Virus record (IMG/VR): IMGVR_UViG_3300050821_013430
Location: 124,001 to 188,000 of that record
Direction: 5' to 3' (one strand)
Length of the DNA stretch: 64,000 nt
Positions 58,523-64,000 of this stretch are shown here, piece by piece (within the stretch, counting starts at the first letter, position 1; every line of letters starts with the position of its first letter). The notes under the pieces are model-generated. The model was not told the DNA's origin and made no database searches. It worked only from the letters and a program-made list of their open reading frames with translations. Made by a program: the position numbers and the translations under genes.

Positions 58523-58786
58523 CTAATCCCCTAATGCCTCAAACAATTTTTCCAAATCTTTTTTGTCATACAAGCCACCACGGGGCTTTTGGCCCACATA
58601 CAACACAAACTTTCCATTTCGTCCAAACGAATGGTCGAAAGAAATTTCATTTATTTGAGCAAGGTCGCATATGCTTTGGACGCCGGTTTGTTTATTCAGA
58701 AATTTCAATAAGGAAGAGCCTTTGACGATAGAGGCTTCTGAATCCTTATCATCGTTGAATTTGATATCTTCGGCAATATTCTTCAT
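58523..58786 (-). CDS. Hypothetical protein
   Basis: 87-aa ORF. Confidence 0.5.
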   Translation of the reverse strand: MKNIAEDIKFNDDKDSEASIVKGSSLLKFLNKQTGVQSICDLAQINEISFDHSFGRNGKFVLYVGQKPRGGLYDKKDLEKLFEALGD

Positions 58787-58805
58787 TCGTGCTTTCTCAA
58801 TATAA

Positions 58806-59351
58806 TCACTTGGAATTAGGTGTCAATTCCGAAGTTTCTCCGTTGATCACATTCATAAGATTTACTTTACCCTCTTGGCTCTGGATGGCCCTGTTCATAA
58901 TGTCAGCCTTATTCACTTCATTTTCCATCAAATGAGCCTGACCACATTGAGGGCATACCTCTGGTTTTAGATTATTGATGCTCTTTTTGACATTGGAAAT
59001 CTTGCACGACCAAGTTTTTCCACATTCCTGGCAAATCATTCCGAGACGAAGTTCTGCTGGGCGATCCGCCCAAAGGATACACGGCACTTCGTGAGTGAGT
59101 CGATGTTTAGAGGCATCTTGGGTCATAGCGACAAAATCATCCCAATTGTCGCTGGCCACGATATCTTCATGCGCCACAATCAATGTTTTGAGCAGTGAGG
59201 ACAATTCGGTAGAAACCTCGCTCATCGGCTTGTTGAGGGCATCCGCCACCTTGGTTAGTTTCTCGAACGCTTCTGCATACTCAGGGTCTATTGATGTTTT
59301 TAGAACGCTATCTTGTAGTTCTTGTTTGAAATTGATTTTTTCGTCAGTCAT
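58806..59351 (-). CDS. Hypothetical protein with Zn-ribbon motifs
   Basis: CQECG, CPQCG. Confidence 0.55.
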   Translation of the reverse strand: MTDEKINFKQELQDSVLKTSIDPEYAEAFEKLTKVADALNKPMSEVSTELSSLLKTLIVAHEDIVASDNWDDFVAMTQDASKHRLTHEVPCILWADRPAELRLGMICQECGKTWSCKISNVKKSINNLKPEVCPQCGQAHLMENEVNKADIMNRAIQSQEGKVNLMNVINGETSELTPNSK

Positions 59352-59398
59352 TATTCTCTCGCTTTCAATGAGAGATTATATCGACACTTCCGCGTTTA

Positions 59399-59740
59399 TC
59401 AATCGTATTCCAACCAAAAATAATGAATGAAATATGCTACATCGTTAGGGTCATACCAATCGAGATCGCCGTAATGCTTTACGAAATCCTTGATGGCGTT
59501 ATGGGGTAGGTTATGTTTGATTTCCTCGAAGGCTCTGGCCTGCGACATTGGCGGTTCGTTGCCTTCGTCCAACGGAGTGGCGGTTGGGTCATCCCACGGC
59601 TCTAAGGGCTCTTCTTCGGGCTGGTCTAACTGCTCGCGCCGGATGCCCTCAAACATTCCTTCTTGGGCAAGTTTCTCAAAAATAATACATCGAGTGCGTA
59701 AATTACCGTATGCCATAGAAATAATGTTGAAATATGCCAA
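59399..59740 (-). CDS. Hypothetical protein
   Basis: 113 aa; FEKLAQ motif followed by an acidic region. Confidence 0.5.
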   Translation of the reverse strand: MAYFNIISMAYGNLRTRCIIFEKLAQEGMFEGIRREQLDQPEEEPLEPWDDPTATPLDEGNEPPMSQARAFEEIKHNLPHNAIKDFVKHYGDLDWYDPNDVAYFIHYFWLEYD

Positions 59741-60505
59741 TCAGTGTTTTTTGATGATATCTTGGAGAAATTCCTTTTCCGAAGTGAAAATCGGAACATC
59801 GGTATTTAGAGCCCAACGCTCTTTTACAATATCCTCGCCGTTGTAATTGATCGTCTCCGGGCGTCGGTAGCACACTACGCCTCTCCTAAATTCGACCGGA
59901 TACTCATAGAAATCAATTCCCGCTTCTTCTTTCAATAGTTTGATCTTCTCTTCCAAGGAAGTATCCATCAGCATCTCTTCGATTTCGTGTTTCCTATACT
60001 TCTTGATCAATTCATAGAAACAAGCCAGCCTAACTGCAATTTGGTGGGCTCGTTGCTGATGATATACCATAACATTTACTGCCTCAGTAAGATTAGGGAC
60101 GGTAAAAATCTTGCTCAAAAAGATGGGGTCGCCCGACAAATTTACTTCCAATTCTGCTGCAGCATCATTGAAATGGAGCGTGGCAAGAGAAGAAGCGGCA
60201 GAAATAATTTTGGAAACGGAATTATCATACCAAGGCTGAGTATCCAAAGTTTGATCGTTTCTTACAATTATTGTAATTTCATCGTTGAACGAATAAGCAA
60301 AAACTGCTCCCTCAATTTCTTGAACGAGATCGGCCATCGTGGCATAGAGGCATTGTCCAAGTTCCAAAGAAAATGGTTTTGGTAGCAAGGAAGTGATCTT
60401 GCTGAAATTTCTTCCGTTGAGATTGATGATCAGCGGCACTCGGGGCATCAGTCTCGGGTCGCAAATATCCTCATAACTTGTAATTCTGGCTTTCAGTGGC
60501 TGCAT
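59741..60505 (-). CDS. Thg1-like protein (tRNA-His guanylyltransferase / 3'-5' polymerase family)
   Basis: YE...P.II.LNGRNFS.T...KPF, YSFNDEI, SKIISAASS, FRRGV. Confidence 0.85.
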   Translation of the reverse strand: MQPLKARITSYEDICDPRLMPRVPLIINLNGRNFSKITSLLPKPFSLELGQCLYATMADLVQEIEGAVFAYSFNDEITIIVRNDQTLDTQPWYDNSVSKIISAASSLATLHFNDAAAELEVNLSGDPIFLSKIFTVPNLTEAVNVMVYHQQRAHQIAVRLACFYELIKKYRKHEIEEMLMDTSLEEKIKLLKEEAGIDFYEYPVEFRRGVVCYRRPETINYNGEDIVKERWALNTDVPIFTSEKEFLQDIIKKH

Positions 60506-61120
60506 TTATTTTGTCTTTATTTGTCGTACTATATCGAGAAGAACGGTTCTAATGTTGCCACCAACCTTACTATACAGCGTGGCATTTATCGCACCGTCAG
60601 GAATTGCCGGAGATTGAATTTGATTTGTCAAAATGCTAACGGTTTGCATTCGATTAGCGGTAGGAACGGGAGCGGCGAAATCATAACCATTATTTTTGAT
60701 CATCCTACGAAAAACTAATTTTCCAAGATTGGCCAAGGCACTAACCAATGGTGTATAAGCGCTCGTGTCAATGCCGAAAGACTGATCGTAAAGTCTTGCA
60801 AAATCCAGTTTGCCATTAGAAGTAATGTAGATGGCCTGATTGAGCGCATTGACTAATTGACGAATGAAATTGAGATTGTTGGCACCCCATCCTAAAACCA
60901 AGGTCGGGGAGACGGTAGCAGGATCAAAAGGTCGTGGGGAGCCAGAAACAACGGTCGGAGTAGTTGATGTAGCGGTAGAAGCGGGCGAGGACGGAGCAGC
61001 GGGAGCGGCGGGAGTTGCTGCTTGTGCCAGTCGAAATAATGTCCTAAGTCTGCCGTTCATATAAGAAATGTCGGAAAAACGCCTTCGTCTTTTCGGATAT
61101 AGGGACTGGTATGAAAACAC
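60506..61120 (-). CDS. Hypothetical virion-like protein
   Basis: RLAQ followed by an Ala/Pro/Thr linker; true start probably MNGRLR. Confidence 0.5.
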   Translation of the reverse strand: MFSYQSLYPKRRRRFSDISYMNGRLRTLFRLAQAATPAAPAAPSSPASTATSTTPTVVSGSPRPFDPATVSPTLVLGWGANNLNFIRQLVNALNQAIYITSNGKLDFARLYDQSFGIDTSAYTPLVSALANLGKLVFRRMIKNNGYDFAAPVPTANRMQTVSILTNQIQSPAIPDGAINATLYSKVGGNIRTVLLDIVRQIKTK

Positions 61121-61461
61121 TTACGATCGCCGTGGATATTGATCACACCCTTATTGACTCGTCAGACAATGTTTATACTTTCGAACCGAAGCCAATTCAA
61201 TCGATGATTGAGTTTGTCAATCAATTATACGATCAAGGACATACTATAATTCTCTACACTGCCAGGGGGATGGGTAGTATGGCCGGTCAGGCTCATTTGA
61301 TCCCACACGCTTTCTATGAGAAAACCAAGAAGCAGTTAGACGAGGTGGGCGTTAAATATCATCACCTGGTCTTCGGAAAGATTCACTACGACTATTTTAT
61401 TGATGACAAAGCGTGGAATGTAAAAGATTTAGATTTGCTGAAAGAGAAGTTACTCAAATAA
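61111..61461 (+). CDS. HAD-superfamily phosphatase (capsule biosynthesis phosphatase-like)
   Basis: DIDHTL, YTARG, FGK, IDDK. Confidence 0.85.
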   Translation: MKTLTIAVDIDHTLIDSSDNVYTFEPKPIQSMIEFVNQLYDQGHTIILYTARGMGSMAGQAHLIPHAFYEKTKKQLDEVGVKYHHLVFGKIHYDYFIDDKAWNVKDLDLLKEKLLK

Positions 61462-62347
61462 CTGATCTATAATAAAGAAATTCCAAAGTATTAGTAAATG
61501 TTTCAAAACAAAAACTATTTTGATAATCAAATCCAATATCATCAGTGATATCAAACTGAGAAAAATCTATCATTTTAATATTTTGCACTTTTTCGTTTTG
61601 AAAATTACTTATGTTTAATAGACTTTGTAATTTGATATTAGACGGAGTCAAAACAAAAATGAATGGAGAAAATGATATTTCTCCATACCAAACATTAGCA
61701 TTATTTGCTGCTATAGATTTTATACCAATTCTACGAGATAATTTGCTATTATATATTCCTATCCATAAATTTATGTTGTCTGGTATCCAAAATTTGTTAT
61801 TTCCCTTATCAATAATATAATTAGTAATATTTTCTCTATATTCTTTCAAAAATTGATCTGAACAATTTACCAAAAACATAGACAGAATCTGTTTTACAAA
61901 TCCTATAAAATATTTATTTGGAAAACAAAGTTTTGAATCACATAATTGTTTTGCTAAATTGGCACAAATTTTGTAATCTTCCGCATAATTCTTACTTTGA
62001 CAACTTGTACATAGTCGTTTTTCAACTACACCATCGGAAAAAATCTTACCATTTTTGATAAAATCAAGATTTTTTGTTCTATAACCTTCAGATAATGCTT
62101 GAGCGGCCAGGCATACAACTCTCTTCATATTTGATGAAGAAAAGGGAGGCAGATGTTCATTAGTCAAAATTTGATCAGGTTTTAAACAGAAAAAGCATGT
62201 ACCCCTGATTTCTTTGTTTTCAATAAATTTATTTTTACTAAAAGAGTTCCATTCATATCCATCTGGTACAGATATATTACATTCATATAACTTATGCGCT
62301 GGCAAAAATTCCGTATTGCCATACCTTTGATCATATTGGGAATGCAA
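61454..62347 (-). CDS. HNH-like protein in an AT-rich insertion
   Basis: CFFC...EHLPP...LCTSC; start uncertain. Confidence 0.5.
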   Translation of the reverse strand: MHSQYDQRYGNTEFLPAHKLYECNISVPDGYEWNSFSKNKFIENKEIRGTCFFCLKPDQILTNEHLPPFSSSNMKRVVCLAAQALSEGYRTKNLDFIKNGKIFSDGVVEKRLCTSCQSKNYAEDYKICANLAKQLCDSKLCFPNKYFIGFVKQILSMFLVNCSDQFLKEYRENITNYIIDKGNNKFWIPDNINLWIGIYNSKLSRRIGIKSIAANNANVWYGEISFSPFIFVLTPSNIKLQSLLNISNFQNEKVQNIKMIDFSQFDITDDIGFDYQNSFCFETFTNTLEFLYYRSVI

Positions 62348-62508
62348 TTTTTTACTAAATTCAGTATAAATGTATGAATTAGGAATTAATATTCCGCTAG
62401 AATTCAGAATCCATTTATGTTTTTTTAAATAGTGATATATTTTTTGCCTATCTATATTAGTATTATAAAAATAATCTGCTACTCTAATGTTTTACTCCAT
62501 ATAGATAA

Positions 62509-63513
62509 TTATTTATTATCTAATAATAGTTTTTCTTTTTTCGCTTCTTTCATGTCATAAGCCATCATCTCATCTACCAACGCATTAAAATCATATTTGG
62601 GCTCCCATCCAAGTTCTTTCCTAATCTTTGACGCGTCTCCGCATAACGCATCCACTTCGGAAGCACGATAATACTTTGGATCAATTTCAACATAATCTCG
62701 ATAATCCATATCGAGTTTGCTAAAAACTATCTCAACAAATTCTCTTACTGATCTCATCTCCCCGCTTGCGATAACGAAATCATCTGCTCGGTCTGCCGTA
62801 GCGATAAGATACATGGCCTCTGCCATATCGGCAGCGTGCGACCAGTCTCGTTTCGCTTCCAAATTACCAAGATACAATTTCTCTTGCAATCCAAGTTTGA
62901 TTCTGCAAGCAGCGGCGGTGATCTTTTTTGAAACGAAGTTCTCGGATCGTCTATATGACTCATGATTAAATGCTATACTGTTAGAAGCATGTAAATTATA
63001 TGCCTCTCTGTAATTTACTGTTGTATGATACGAAGCGATCTTTGCTGTCGCGTATGGGCTTCTTGGATGGAATAAACTTTTTTCACTTTGTAAAGGTGGG
63101 GTCGAGCCAAACATTTCGGATGAAGATGCTTGTAAGAAATGAGTTTTTGGGCTTGTCTTTCTGATTGCTTCTAATACTCTAACCGTTCCCGTTCCCACAA
63201 CATCCATAACATATTCTGGTATTTCAAAAGAAATTTTCACGTGAGACATCGCTGCCATATTGAAAAATAGATCGGGCTTAATATCTCCTATCCAACTAAA
63301 TAACGAAGATGAATCGCCCAAATCACCATAAGTGAGTTCGAGATTTTTCTTCTTCTCTGGTTCGAGTTCGATATGATCAATTCGTTCGGTGTTAAAAACA
63401 CTCGATCGTCGTTTAAGCCCACAAACCTTATATCCTTTGGATAATAGGAGATCGGTTAAAAAACTTCCCGTTTGTCCGGTGATACCAGTGATACATGCTG
63501 TCCCGATAGTCAT
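62509..63513 (-). CDS. gmd: GDP-mannose 4,6-dehydratase
   Basis: ITGITGQTGS, AAMSHVKISF, QASSSEMFG, PRSPYATAK, FNHES, LGNLEAKRDW. Confidence 0.95.
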   Translation of the reverse strand: MTIGTACITGITGQTGSFLTDLLLSKGYKVCGLKRRSSVFNTERIDHIELEPEKKKNLELTYGDLGDSSSLFSWIGDIKPDLFFNMAAMSHVKISFEIPEYVMDVVGTGTVRVLEAIRKTSPKTHFLQASSSEMFGSTPPLQSEKSLFHPRSPYATAKIASYHTTVNYREAYNLHASNSIAFNHESYRRSENFVSKKITAAACRIKLGLQEKLYLGNLEAKRDWSHAADMAEAMYLIATADRADDFVIASGEMRSVREFVEIVFSKLDMDYRDYVEIDPKYYRASEVDALCGDASKIRKELGWEPKYDFNALVDEMMAYDMKEAKKEKLLLDNK

Positions 63514-64000
63514 TTAATTTCCTTCCGTATTTCTTTCCAATCATTTTCCCAAATAGTAATTATGTTATATCCCGCTTCTTTTAACAAAATTTCTCTTTGC
63601 TTAGTATTTTTAAATAACTCACCAAATGAACGTTTGTTGGATAAGTTTGTTTCATTTTCTGAAAAGACTTTTGGATTACCATGCCAATAATCGCCATAAA
63701 ATTCATAAATAGTATTTGTATGAGGATCAAACGCATCTGGTTTAATAGTTTGTTTTCCTATTTTCATCTTTTTAGGATGGCGATATTCTTGCGGAATATT
63801 TAAATAATCTAACCATTCCATTTCTATTTTAGAAATATTTGAAAAACATTCGGGACATCCAGTTCCACGCAAATGATTGTACGGGGCTTGTGAAAAATCG
63901 CCATGTTTAGGACATATTATTATTACGTGTTCATGAGAATGAGTATAAATTGCTTTACTATATAAGTAGTAATCGTTATGTCTGATATTGGCTTGTTCAA
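63510..64000 (-). CDS. Homing-endonuclease-like protein (Zn-ribbon repeat + Vsr/DUF559-like nuclease), 5' partial
   Basis: ICPKHGDF...HLRGTGCPEC...PDAF...YEFYGDYWHG...GY.IITIWE; the ORF extends beyond the window. Confidence 0.75.
   Translation of the reverse strand, partial: EQANIRHNDYYLYSKAIYTHSHEHVIIICPKHGDFSQAPYNHLRGTGCPECFSNISKIEMEWLDYLNIPQEYRHPKKMKIGKQTIKPDAFDPHTNTIYEFYGDYWHGNPKVFSENETNLSNKRSFGELFKNTKQREILLKEAGYNIITIWENDWKEIRKEIK

Noticed and set aside
381-63690. Numerous short antisense ORFs in the six-frame track
   Set aside because: They lie opposite well-supported genes and show no motifs; treated as shadow ORFs.
1-64000. Genome-wide TAG reassignment (genetic code 15)
   Set aside because: Long conserved genes are intact under code 11, and many end in TAG at their natural C-termini (e.g. 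dnaE). Only two sites appear to need readthrough.

Overview
This window looks like a segment of a large (jumbo/huge) tailed dsDNA phage genome using the standard genetic code, with dense and mostly minus-strand genes. It contains four main blocks. (1) Morphogenesis: lytic transglycosylase, portal, large terminase and many unknown virion-like proteins. (2) Replication/recombination: split DnaG primase, RuvC, gp32-like SSB, RecA, DnaE, SbcCD, TopA, FtsK, HU-like proteins. (3) An unusually complete translation/proteostasis set: trigger factor, peptide deformylase, DnaJ, bS21, ClpP plus a catalytically dead ClpP paralogue, DksA, class II nucleotidyltransferase, Thg1-like, tmRNA, PTH2-like. (4) Homing endonucleases, a TnpB, and the start of a sugar-nucleotide cluster. 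The most interesting signal is at 56.2-57.8 kb, an apparent amber (UAG) readthrough-gated operon. A leader ORF ends in Ser-UAG-Ile and continues into an R-D-P-P-W stall motif whose Pro-Pro-Trp codons contain the anti-Shine-Dalgarno of the next gene. The downstream PTH2-like gene has an in-frame UAG at codon 3 in the same Ser-UAG-Ile context. The unit ends in a 57-nt mini tRNA-like RNA and an atypical tRNA with a CUA anticodon. A recurring SGATATA promoter-like motif and a recurring K-x-A-[Q/S] motif in virion-like proteins are also visible. All calls come from motifs read by eye; no database searches were run.
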